Assembly (NCBI GenBank): GCA_965285935.1
Contig: OZ260661.1
Span: 93,062,001 to 93,126,000 of the forward strand
Direction of reading: 5' to 3'
DNA length: 64,000 bases
DNA from: Ophelia neglecta
Taxonomy: Eukaryota
Shown in pieces: positions 50,223-62,973 of this stretch. Made by a program: the position numbers and the translations under genes. Within the stretch, counting starts at the first letter, position 1, and the number at the start of each line of letters is the position of its first letter. The notes beneath the pieces are model-generated. The model saw nothing but the letters and a program-made list of their open reading frames with translations, was not told the DNA's origin and ran no database searches.

Positions 50223-52447
50223 GTGCTCAAAGGACTGGTGCACAAGTTCATATTGGAGTTTCGTACATCCAGTTAATGCGTGTGTTAGGCGAGTGAAGTT
50301 CATGTACCAACTTCAAAATTTCTTTTAATGTGACAGGAGCTTGATAATGAAGATATTTGAGAGTATATTCGTAAAAAAATGCTCTACGCTCAGATACGTG
50401 TTACCACGTTTTTCAATTCTATCAAGAACACCAACGCTCTAGTCATAATTACCTGTAATAAAGCCGGCTGTTCTGTTTCAGAATCTTTGAAGATTGTTAT
50501 CACTTCGATGACCCCATATTGTTTAACCTATTGCAAACAATAATCAAAAACCTGCTGAACGACAGTAGTGTATACTTTATATACTAAGTATACTATAATG
50601 AGTTTGTGTCAACCTTTTATCTATTTGATCAATTACTTCATATCATATGATATATCGAATGTTACTAATTAAATGATAATGGATTTATAACCCAGCGTGG
50701 AATATAGCTATTTACTGCGAGGAATAAAACAATAAGAACAATTTGTTTGCGCGGAATAAACATACGTTCTGCGCGGAATTAGCGCTCGTTAAGCGAACTA
50801 AGAACTAAAATCCGGAGGAGTTCTGTGAGCTCCCCAACTAAATCACTACGTGTACTGATAAAAACAACCTGAGTGTTGTATAAATGATATCACGAGGTGA
50901 TGTAGAGGGGGAGCGGGGAGGGGCGTACACAAATTATGTTTGTGTATGATTTTAGAAGAACCGTGGAAAGGGGAACAAGAAAACAAAGGGTGCAGACCCA
51001 ATAGGCCTATCTTTACCCTCCCCCCCCCCCCCTCCGCTCCATAGAAAAAAATAATTAACGCTTTGTTCTTCTGATATTATAGTATTTCAATCTTTTATCA
51101 CATAAACATCGCTCTAAAATGGCAGTATTTGTTCGATATTTATCACGAAATTTAATGATAATCTATAATGTTGTGTACATCTCCTGCAGGGTAAACATGT
51201 TGCTAGAAATACAATGAGATGGGTGACAATTTAATTCCAAAAGTTTTATTTCATTGGGCAATATTCTTTTGCCAATTAATTAGATGTTGGTAATGCTTTT
51301 GTTGTCTCAAATATTACTTCTTATGAAAATGTAGGAAATAGGAAAAAGCTATTAGTTCATTGTACGCTAATTGACCCCTAAAATGAAAGAATAATTTCAA
51401 ATCATTATTCAGGGAAAACTTTTTTATACAAACAAGCTGTGATAGAAATAACCAACTTGTTCATTTAAACTTGAAGGAGCTACCATCTTTCATTTGTTTT
51501 GCTTTGGAACCTCCTTAAGGCATGCAAGCGTGGAGGGTCAGGAGGCAGCGCCTTCACATTAAATGTTTGCATTTAATGCCCGTATCGATGTGTCTGGGAC
51601 AACGGGCGGTATTTGATTTCAAAATCGTTTAGCCTTAGGTCCTTTTACCATTCGCTTAGCGCTCAAAAATTGAAACAGGTCTGAATAGTACCCATGAAAA
51701 CTTCAGACACGTTATGTTTATGCAGCTAGATTGTGTGAGGTTAAACACCTATAGGCGAAGTGTATAGGTTTATGCTTAAAAAAAATGATACAGTTTTAAC
51801 GTTTGATGATCGCGTACTATTATCATAAGACAGCTTTAAAAGTATTCACTGTACGTAGACATTTTTTGATCAGACACATTTTACTCTGATCTCTGACGTT
51901 AGAACACGTCCAATCTTACAGCCACATTGCTGTTACTGGTATCGAGTTATTTAGTCTGTTACAGACATAAAGGCCTAACTAGGTTAATTCCGTGCCCACA
52001 CATAGAGTAAAAACAAGTTATTTCGCGCAACATAAAATTCCACTCAGTATCATTGGTCCCTTAACCTATGTCGCGCCCTTGTTGGGTAAGGTCACTGACG
52101 GCGTGGAACTATATGATGCAGAAATTATAAAATTTTACCCAATGGGCTGATTAGGATTTATTTCAAATTGTATTTCAAGCTTAAGTTCAAATCAATTGAA
52201 ATTACTTTGTGAATACGCATCATCATTTTAAAAGTAGTAGTCTAACTGTAAAGAATTGTTTCGTGCACATAGTTGACTTTCATATATAGAACAGTCATTG
52301 TCAGTGTACTAGTATCACATCAATTGTTCGCAAAAACAAAAACAAAGGTTTCCACTAGATATATGGCTGATATGTTCTGGTCCAACTCAGTTATCAAATG
52401 GATTATTTTAACTGACACCTGAACGTTTATATTATGATTTATTATTA

Positions 52448-55400
52448 TTATGTTTCGGTGGACACCTTCATTGGCACTACTCCTAATTGTTTGGCGATGT
52501 CGTTCTGCAAATAAAGATAACTTTTAGATACACTCAAACAGTCCAACCTCTGTCTAAAATCATGTACGATATCAGTGAATCAAAACTAACAGGAGGGCCC
52601 ACTTCATACTACTCCGCGGGATTAAGTTTTTTGCGATACTACTTACTGTTTGGTACATTTTTATAATAATTATACAAGACTTTTGAGACTAAAAAGTATT
52701 GTGACTGTAAGGCACAACTAACCGCATATTTGATTTGGTTAGGATGGTACGGTATTCCTCCGCGCTCGTCGCACTCTTTCATGTGAAGTCGTTCGGGGTC
52801 ACCAGGTACCAACACGCTCTCATCTCCGGTCTGAAAGTAGTCCGTGTGTGTTATTTGATTTTAGTATAGGCCTAACACTACGTAACAGGAAAAAGCCAAA
52901 TAAAATCATTGTCATTGTCACTACCTATATATCTTCTCTTCAAATTAATGCAGGTGATGCAGCAATAGCAATGAACACTCAATTACAAGCACCCCTTAGA
53001 CAATGGCATGGGGATCCACTATATGTGTTTGTGAATAATAAATTTAAACAAATAGGAAAATACAGTAGCCCGTTGTAAATTTTAACTTTCCGCACACAGT
53101 TCCCTTTTTTGGCCACAGACTTACCGGCTCTAGGTTCCTACAGGCGTTGTTTAATGCGCTCATCCGTCCTTCAAATCCTGGGGCGAAGTTCTTTGGGTCG
53201 ATGGCCATAAAACACTGTCCCTGTACAATGTGGGGGTATTGTTAATAATTAATATAAAAAACACATTGATATCATAACAAGCAATAAACCTTCTGTTTCA
53301 ATTATACTGACTGAGATTGCATACAATGAAAATATGCAGTAAGCGAAAAAAAATTGAATTTGTTACGGCATTTATTTTGAACGAATGGTACTCATTTTTT
53401 GCAAATTAATATGAACCCCGATTGGCAGACAATTAAGGAGTTATTACATTTCCAACATACTGCAATTTCATTCAAAGTGTGTGGGGGGAGGGGGGAATCG
53501 CCAAGGGTAAAAACTCAGTAGGCGTTATATTGACTGCATTCATCCATACTTCACGTCATGTGAATAATGCTTTATAGTCATCCCAACATTTTTAATAAGC
53601 AGTTTAGATATATGTTTATTGATAAACCAAAATATATCACTTGCGGCCTGATCGTGTTTACTTCCGCCCTGAGTTTGTGTGTGTTGGTGAAATTCAAATT
53701 ATATTTAATTGTTACATTTAATATTTGAATATGCAAAAAGTGCTGCATCATGATCAGTGCTGGAAAAAGTGGATGTATATCGCAGCCGATCAAATAGTCT
53801 AATAGGTAAAAATATTTAATGTTTAGGAAATTCCAGGCCTATAGTTTCTGTTACTTCCGCGATTGATGTAGGCTTATTGATTATAGATTCAGCTATAGGT
53901 ATAGACCTAAACGAACTGTAATCAGTGCTTATCAACCATGCAACCCCCAACCCCTCGAAGACAGGTTAATACGGCTGTCAACCATGTTTTCAAACTTCAA
54001 ACAGTGTACTAGTGTACAAGTGTACTAGTGTAGCAACATTGCTTGGCTTCCCTCAGCTTGCCTGAGGCTAGACCGATAACTTCCGCTTTTACACAAAGCC
54101 ATGGAAACAGAAGTCTCCAGACAAATAACACACTACAGTTTAAGGTTACACTGGACGCTCGGTTACTCCCCAGACAAGTCCAAACGTAACTGGCCCTTAT
54201 GCCCCAGTTCATTGTAAGTTTACTACATTTTTATACGCTTTATTCCAGAATATACCAAAATACGGAAACAATATATATTTAGAAAAAAAATGTTCACATA
54301 TACCATGGCCACTGTTTACCTACCTTAAAATTATATTTATCATCGTACATGACATGCGAAAAATGAAACAATTCTCTTTATATGTCTGAAATATTTTGTC
54401 GTAGACAAAATTTGCAATTATGACGACAGTTTCATTTCCCGAAGACCAATATTACCAGATTAATATTACATCCTTAACAAGCTATTAAGCCCATAGTTCT
54501 GCATGTTTTACCATAGACACAGTTAAAATATTCCCTTTATAATTGGATAAAATTTGGGTAGTTTTGGATCTACATCAACCGCCATATCCTAACTTGTTAA
54601 CACTTACCAAGTTTGCAATTTCGGAGCTTGGCCCCCAATGTCTGATGTTGGGTCCGAAATTTGCTCCGCCTAATATCCCACAAAAAACTTCAACCATCAT
54701 CGCCAGACCGTAGCCCTTGTAACCTCCTTTAAGACAGAAAATAGGAATTTGGCGAAACTTCTAAAATGCCATCGAAAATTAACATCGCAGTTTGTTCCCA
54801 ACAAACAGATATATGTAAATTTGACGAAAGTAATCCCTTAAATAAGTAATATATGTATATATCATTTGCCCTGGCTCATCGCAATCCACCGAACAATGCA
54901 TTAATACTTACTTTATATTAAAAGAATGATCTTAACCTAAACTCTGTTAAACCCAGAATAACTCACGTTCACTATCAAATGTGAATGAGTCCACTTATTG
55001 CCAACGGTATCGAATACATTTCAGGCAAGATATAATTATTGTAGAACAAATTATTTTTCATAATGGTGTCAAGTAGATATATATTATAGAACAAGTCACA
55101 TCACGGGGGGAAAGCGCGAACGTAAATCCTGGAGTAAATCGAGCGCGAAAGTAAAATTCGGAGGTTCGCGTGTCATGACTGGAGGGAAATAAGTAAACAG
55201 CACGGCTTTAGCTCTCATAATTCCTCCCTTTGACAAAACTCACGAATAATCATGATATTCTGAATAGCTCTAAAGGTCGACATAGTAATTCAGGAATCTA
55301 AAAAGCCTAAAACCGCGATGTAAAGTCGGCGGGATCATCGTTTATTTTTGAAAAAATGTCCAGCCATTCGGCTCCATACAGCACTTCTTCCAAGTTCAAC

Positions 55401-58400
55401 TAGCGAAAACCAAAGTAAAATGAAGATATATATTGATAAAGATGCTTCCAATGCTTAATGAACAATGTGTAGAATGTACATGTGCCCGCTAATAAATCTT
55501 ATTCAATGCTGAAAATATAGAAACATGCCAATTTGTGCAGTTTTTCCTTTCGTGTGTGATGCGCTGGAGGTTCGCGTGTCATGTTAAGGAGGTCCATGCT
55601 CTGGAATGCATTGCATCAGTTGAAATAAGCCTAGTACTTTATTGACCTGATCAGTCATTTTAATTCACAGTTCAGTTCACAAATATTACCAACATGTGTG
55701 TATGTCCCCATTCATGTATCAGAAGAATAGGACTTTCCTCATGAATTTATCGCGTGCAAAATTATGTCCATTTTTGCTGACATCTTCTCACATAGTAGGA
55801 TAAACATTCGAAATTCACATTAAGGTTAATTTCTACATGCAAAATTTTTTGTGAAGTATGTTGCTTCTAACACTCTTACAATTCATTCATCTTGGCAAAA
55901 TGATGCCGGTCTTGAATAGAGTCAAGAAAAAAAGGAAAATGTTTCTGTCCCTGCACAGGAGCAAGTTTAGTGAATTTAAAGGCGCTCCGTACAGATGTTG
56001 AGGCAATTGTGGACTGTTTAGGGGCACCAGCAATGCCTATTCCTCCTGCACCTTTGGTATCACAAGCACCCAAGCAACATAAGGAAAATGAACCTTATTG
56101 GAAAGTGTTGATCTCCCAGAGTGAGAATCGGAGTGACAACTTTAACTGGAAGGTTTTGGTACAGAAGACTTTACGTTCAATGATGAAAATCGGCGATCAA
56201 GACCCGTCTGCTTGCCGAGACCTGTGTTCTTTCTTTGATTTGGTGAATCAAGACATATACCCATCACAAAATAATTGTTTTCAGTTATTTTTAGACACCA
56301 TACAATGGTTCAAACAGCTATTAGTTTCCCAGGTACGTTTTAGAGATGGTTGCGTTCACTTCCTAATGGTAGGATGGGTTCTTTTCGGCGGGCAATTCAT
56401 TCGATTCATGCAAGGACCTAGATGTATTGAAGAAAGTGACCAAATAACAGAGGGCACTGGCATTAATTTGCTGTGCCGAGTAAAAAATTGCCTTAAGGAG
56501 GCGCATATAGAGCTAAGCAGGCTAGTTCCTCGAGATGCAGAACCAGGTATACTCCCCAGTCTACAACTTGTTCCAAAATAATCGTCAGTGTCCAAGCACT
56601 ACGTTTTAGCAATAGACGGTAAAAAAGTTGCTATGGGCTTAACATAAAAAACCGGAGATGTCTATATGTTTGGCTTCGAAGATAGCCCAACATTGGGTGA
56701 CAGACAAAAAGAACTTGTAGAAGACTTGAAGTAAGTAGAATGTGCCTTAGAAGAACGACAATGCTTAAATGTCATCTTGAGAATGACACATAGGCTCAGA
56801 GAAGATACACGAAACATATAAGTAAATAACGTCAATTTTACGGGACAATCTATAGAAATGACTAATAAACACCTACGAACATTAAATTTTAGCACTGCAA
56901 ACATGTTATCATCAGCTGGAAATCTAGTAATAGCTTGGTTTCAACTAGTATCATTTGTCTGATGAAACTTTTCATATATCAAAGTGAAAGTGACTATTAT
57001 GAGAAATGTGAACCTGTTCTACTTGTCGGCGAGAAATAGGATGAGGTCTCCGTAGGCTTCCTGGGTTGAATCATCCAGTCCGTTCATTGTTGCATGGTAA
57101 TGAACACTGGATATGTATGTGCATTATATTTTCGCAATGAAAGATGAATTCATATAATGTACAACACATAGCCCTAGCTAGTTGAGGCCTAACCTTAGCA
57201 GAATGCGTATTGGGCGAGATGCCTATACTGGGCGAATTACCGTATCAACTGATGCAATGCATTCCAGAGCATGGACCTCCTGATCATGACACGCGAACCT
57301 CCAGCGCATCACACACGAAAGGAAAAACTGCACAAATTGGCATGTTTCTATATTTTCAGCATTGAATAAGATTTATTAGCGGGCACTGGTACATTCTACA
57401 CCTTGTTCATTAAGCATTGGAAGCATCTTTATCAATATATATCTTCATTTTCCTTTGGTTTTCGCTAGTTGAACTTGGAAGAAGGGCTGTATGGAGCCGA
57501 ATGGCTGGACATTTTTTCAAAAATAAACGATGATCCCGCCGACTTTACATCGCGGTTTTAGGCTTTTTAGATTCCTGAATTACTATGTCGACCTTTAGAG
57601 CTATTCAGAATGTCATGATTATTCGTGAGTTTTGTCAAAGGGAGGAATTATGAGATCTAAAGCCGTGCTGTTTACTTATTTCCCTCCATTCATGACACGC
57701 GAACCTCCGAATTTTACTTTCGCGCTCGATTTACTCCAGGATTTACGTTCGCGCTTTTCCCCCGTGCACATGCATAATTAAAGGTGGTTCTTTCCCCACC
57801 ATAGGCCTACCAGATTCCTCGGTTCCTCCTAGAGGTAGTAACCCGCCTCTATGCATAGCCTCCCCCGGGTCGTGTGTCTCCTATAGATAAACGAGAAAAA
57901 AATATTTACCCCAGAGCGTATTGGCAAAACGGAAATAAATTCCGGGTGGTTAGTGATTACAGAAATTATCCATGGTTGATATGACATTAAAACATGGGAC
58001 ACATTATTTTTTTGTTGGATAAATGGACATCTAGTCTCATTGGGAAAGATTTTTACGTGTTCTATAACCTCGGCTCCATGATTTATGGGCCATATAACTC
58101 CAGTTTTATTTACTGGGGTGCTGGGGATTGCTATTTGCGGGCCTGCACCTGGTGGTTCCTCGTACCAATTTTATTGACTATTCTTTGTCTGCCGGCTATG
58201 CACCCTTTTTCTCTTCAATTATGAGCCACAAATAATGTACCAACCTAAAAAAGTTTATGGTTAAGGAATAGGCCTGTAGAAAACTGATATTCTCACTGAT
58301 AATCAACCGGGCAGCATATGAGAAGTTGTGCACAGGCGACTTTTGTCAAATCTATTGGAATGACAACACTTGAATAATTTGAGCCCTACCTTTCCTTCGC

Positions 58401-61400
58401 CATCACACGCCCAACCAGAAGGAATATTCTTTCCACATCGCTCCGCGATTTCCAACTAATCGAGGATATTTAATGGTTAACTTTATCCACAAATAATTTT
58501 AATAAATCGATAGACTGATATCATGGCTCGGCAGTTTACACTTGAATAATTAGTTACAATATAAGCAGATTATAAATAAGTTATGCAATTGATAAAGGTC
58601 TTAACTTTTCCCAGGGCGACTGATGTCGTAGCCATATCCAAAACCATGCTGTCCTTGTTTTCTGCAGGTGCGGCTAGAGAAATGGGGTTGGTTCCCAGGG
58701 CTGGCTGGGAATGTAACAAGAAAAATGTGATATGGTTGGATAAGACCACGCGCATGCGTATACCTATTACTCTGTAGGCTCTTTATAGTCAGAGTGACAA
58801 GACGTAAATGGTGTCTGGGTGAATAGCATGTATTTAATAAACAATTCGAAGGGACATTAATGGGGCAATTACTCCCACTGTCTTACCTTCCTAGCCCTGG
58901 TTGGCACCATGAAGGGACTGGTGTTGCAGAATGCCATACCCTATTCGTATAGTTCAGGACATTCTTAATCAGTAAAAACAAATATCATTTTTACGACTTA
59001 TTATCAGTGGACTTATGAACTAATGTGGAGTCATGAATTTAGTGTATTAGTTGAAGTTTTAACTTGTAGGTATAAGATTACATCGCCGCCCTACACGGTG
59101 TTCATGAGCCACAAAACACGATGATTTAACCATTTGAACATAGCGGTGGTAATAATTAACGACAGTAATTCCAGAAAATAAACATCAGCGCAATTACCAA
59201 TAAGCCTTCCTTTTCTGCCATCATACTCCAATGTCCTGCTATTCCGAAATGATTACTTCCTAGAATGGAAACAAAACAACCCGAAAAAATTTATGATAAC
59301 ATAAATATAATATAGTTTGCTTTGTTGAACGTACTAATGCCAAAAAAAGACACTATAATTGAATAAACTAAATCGTAGAGAGACAGAGAGGGACAGAGAC
59401 AGAGCCAGATAGACAGAGGGACAGAAAGATACACAAAGACAAAGACAGACAGACAGACAGACAGGGAGATAGACAGACAGACAGAAAAACACACTGACCA
59501 ACACACTGACAGACATACGGACAGAGGGAGAGAAAAAGAGACAGAAATAGGGGCGAGAGCGAGAAACAGACACAGACATAGTACTGGGTGTTAATTAAAA
59601 ACTCTGGCATTAAAAGAATATCTTTTTCATCAGTTAATAAACGAGAATCACATTCGACCAACCTTTTACAGAAACGAGGCCAATTCCAACATCTTTAGCC
59701 TTCTTTATGGCCAATTCCATAGCGAATTTACTAACAACCTGCCCTGTAGGAAACAAAATTATAAAACGTCTTCTAACACTAAGACCTAGATCAGAAAATC
59801 CCAAACATAAATGGCGGAAGACCAAAGGGCACCATGATCTGAAACAAGGGCCTCGAAGCGCACATACAGACAACATACGACAATAGAGCTTAATTGAATT
59901 TAATTTTATAAAACAGTGCATATATTTGTTGTGTTTTTACCCTCAATAAAGGTTATCAGATAGTTCCCCGAATATTATCGCATTATGTAAGCAGGTAAAC
60001 TTCCTCCATGGTTACACCCTCCCATTTTCCTTAAATTAACATTTTAAGGGATTGTTTGGTAGACGCTGGCTAATTTCCTGATTTTGCTCGAGTCACATGC
60101 ATAAAGTATTGTTTTGTTATGTTTAGTTTAACTTTATATTTACAGGCGGATGTCCCTATAAATATAATTCTACTGCTTCATTTAAATAATTTAAATAAAA
60201 AACTAACGCTTAACTACTTAAGTGGGAACATAAATAATGATTACCCTTGATGAGGCTAAGCAAGAGGCGGTAGACCGTCGCTAAATGTCTTAGTGACTGT
60301 CGCTAAATGTCTTAGTGACTGTCGCTGTATGTCTCAGTGACTGTCGCTGTATGTCTCAGTGACTGTCGCTAAATGACTATGTGACCTACCCATGGCGTTA
60401 TTTCCGTCCACCCACGCCGTGGCCGGGGACTCCTTCAGAATCAGGGGAGCGTTCGAACAAACAGCAGTCCCTGTCTTGATGTCGTTCAGGTACATTTCTG
60501 TGGAGGATTTGAGAACCAAAAGTTGATTCAGTGTATATATAGTCTATATATAATTTAAATGAGTTTGTTGAAGGCTAGCATGAAATATCAAAAATAAATC
60601 CTTCTAGACACAGCAAATTCAAGGTCACCGTATATGATTACATGTTGATCTTTGATGGCTTACAGGAAGGAGATTGATTATGTCACGTGAACCCTTTGAG
60701 ACCCTTAGATGTTTTTGCGTATCACTTTTCTAAGACTAAAGAGCAAGCGTAGTTTCTTCATTCACAGAGAAGCGAAAGGCATTTATGTGATCGGCAGTCA
60801 ATGGCGCACGTAGTAAAGTGAGTGCGGCGCAATGTGGTTCCTATCGAGTTTTGTGTCCTTTATGACCTGCCATTTTAATTCACAAACGCCTCCAGCAGTG
60901 CTCATGTTTTGACTGTCCGCTGTGACGGCTTCAAAGTGCTATATTTTAAAGGCAAAAGTAACGGTTTGAACAGTAAGATCATACTTGATGTGCACTTCCT
61001 CACACAACTCACTGTCCAAGTCGCACGTTTGTCCTTTTCTTATCATCTTTATCCCGAAGCCGCGTCCATCTTTTCATTCAGGCCTCCACAACACCGTATA
61101 GGAGGCCTACGTGTCTATTTTCAATACACCTTGTGAGATTCAATAACACTTGCTCTGTTTACGGTGGTCGTAAGGAGGGTATTTAAATTATCCACAACAA
61201 CATTTAAGTCTAACTTTCCTTTCTTCTTCTACCTGCGCGGTGTCGGTTCGAAGTGAGGGTTATAAAGTGGACTTGGGATCCGACCAGTGGATCAGCTAAC
61301 TACCCTACATCTGTCCGGCTTTAGGCACAATCCAATCTGTTTCTCTAAATACTTCTATTTTATCGTGTTTTGTGTGTACGTTTGTGAGAGCTGACGGTGG

Positions 61401-61839
61401 CGTTGATATACATGAGGTATTCGACCTAAACTGGTGGCTAAACGGACTACCAGATCAGACGCCAAGAAAACAGTCAAATACTTCAACGACTGTGATAAAT
61501 TAAAACACTATGACTATATCCAAATAGTCTCACTATCTTATGAATTATACAAACATATAATGCATTATACAATCGCCTATAAATAGTATTTAAAGATGCA
61601 TCATACTAATAATCAACGCTTGTAAATGATGAGGGAATATCCCTGTAGTTTTTAGCAGATTCATTCGCACCTATTCTGTTGAGTCCGTGACTGTAATGTC
61701 CCCGGTAATCAGCGTCTAACAGGTTCTCAGCAAACACGTCTGCCTCCTCCTCGGTAGCGCCAACCGCCATGATACAGCGTCTGTGAAATGACCTCACTTC
61801 CGGTATAGAAATCACCGGCCAATTCTTCTTGTCGTCCAT
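52448..61839 (-). CDS. Ldh_2 family oxidoreductase, paralog 2, 362 aa, 12 exons
   Basis: Exons (minus strand): 61839-61671, 60497-60390, 59743-59663, 59259-59198, 58940-58887, 58704-58606, 58455-58390, 57880-57811, 54726-54608, 53220-53125, 52830-52723, 52504-52448. Same exon lengths, phases and motifs as paralog 1; no stop or frameshift seen. Confidence 0.92.
55102..57766 (+). mobile_element. Long-TIR DNA transposon, copy B, in intron 8 of paralog 2
   Basis: TIRs 55102-55623 and 57245-57766, termini CACGGGGG...CCCCCGTG, flanked by CACAT on both sides. Empty site present in paralog 1 near 32631 (CAAGTCACATAAT). Confidence 0.92.
55970..56820 (+). pseudogene. Decayed transposase-like ORF fragment inside copy B
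   Basis: The 203-aa ORF continues in frame past stops as [38 protein letters not shown] hydrophobic strand ending in Asp resembles the first catalytic Asp of an RNase H-fold transposase. A homologous fragment lies on the minus strand in copy A (about 48875-49300). Confidence 0.55.
59377..59578. repeat. Compound (GA/GACA)n microsatellite in intron 3 of paralog 2
   Basis: AGAGAGACAGAGAGGGACAGAGACAG...AGACAGACAG. A short version sits at about 39859-39894 in paralog 1. Confidence 0.85.
60273..60382. repeat. Same 22-bp minisatellite, 5 units, in intron 2 of paralog 2
   Basis: Same consensus and same position relative to the exon 2 donor. Confidence 0.9.
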
Positions 61840-62216
61840 TTTGAAATCTCAAAGGTTTATGGTTTAAATGAAATAGTAGGTCTATTTACGCATGCAAATC
61901 TCCAAAATATTAGTTCCCATATTGTTGATTGTTCAGGGAAAGTTTATCTTTAGTTTCCAATACGTTTTCCATCATATAAAATATATACGGTTGTTTAAAG
62001 ATAATAGCAAATGACATACCTCTGACTTTATATTCTTTTAAGTGTGTAAATCCTTGTACATATGAGACTAGGATAAACGAGCAAACCACGGGATATTCAC
62101 AATTTACTACAGCTATCTCGTTTACTGGTGATAAACTATGAATAACGACATTTGTAGTTAACCCTGAAATTATAAAAGAGCAGTGATGATCATCATAAAA
62201 GCTTGACAGGTAGTAA

Positions 62217-62973
62217 GGAAGTATTCATTGGTAGCATTGGGGGGGGGGGGGGACAAATTTTGAACCGACATCGCGACACCATCCCCCCCCCCCAACCACA
62301 CACACCTACTCTAAAAACGCGGTAATAACGGACCCCCTCTAAACACAAACACACCCACAAAAATACACACACACACTCCCCATCATCCTGGCTTGGCGGT
62401 TCACAATTTTATAACACTCCCTCACCCATTGAATGGGCAGAGTAAATAAATCGTGCACAAATATCGCGCGGAAAGAAAGTGTGTCAATGGGGAATAAAAC
62501 ATTCCACAAACACAGCCAAGAGGGCGAGTCGTGAAGAGTGCGCGCGTATAGTAAAGCGCATAACAAAAATGTGCAAGGCAAAGCGTGCGATTCCGAAAAT
62601 AAAGAGTCAGCTGCACGAAAAGAAAAGAGCGTGCTCAACGAAATAAAGAACACGTTCCACGAAAAAAATTAAACTAAATAGCGTGTATCACGAAGTAAAT
62701 AGTGAGTGAACGAAGAGAAGTGCGTGCAAAACATAAAATGCCTCAATTAATATGTGCGCAGTGACATGCGCAGCGAGAATAAAAGCACGAGCAAGGAGAC
62801 ACAGTACAAACTCACTACAAAGAAGCTACAACTTTTAGGCACAGACGAGCGAAATGAACAGTAAAATATAAAGCAAGATGCTGCGAATCCCTCCCCCCCC
62901 CCCCCCAAATTATTTTGGTCCCCTCCTCCAAATTTGCCCCCGCCCTCCCCCGATGTTAATAATGAACACTCCC
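62217..62973. mobile_element. Probable PIF/Harbinger-like MITE upstream of paralog 2
   Basis: Imperfect TIRs GGAAGTATTCATTGGTAGCA+G-run / C-rich+TGTTAATAATGAACACTCCC, flanked by TAA and TGA. No counterpart upstream of paralog 1. Confidence 0.5.

Noticed and set aside
55102-57766. ProtoRAG / RAG-like transposon
   Set aside because: CAC termini and a 5-bp TSD fit, but I see no RSS-like heptamer/nonamer and no RAG1 core or RAG2 kelch similarity, and copy A has a 4-bp TSD.
59291-59661. Cys/Leu/Ser-rich ORFs on the minus strand
   Set aside because: They are translations of the GA/GACA microsatellite.
61225-61260. GGTTCGAA B-box-like motif suggesting a tRNA or SINE
   Set aside because: No cloverleaf or convincing A box could be built around it.
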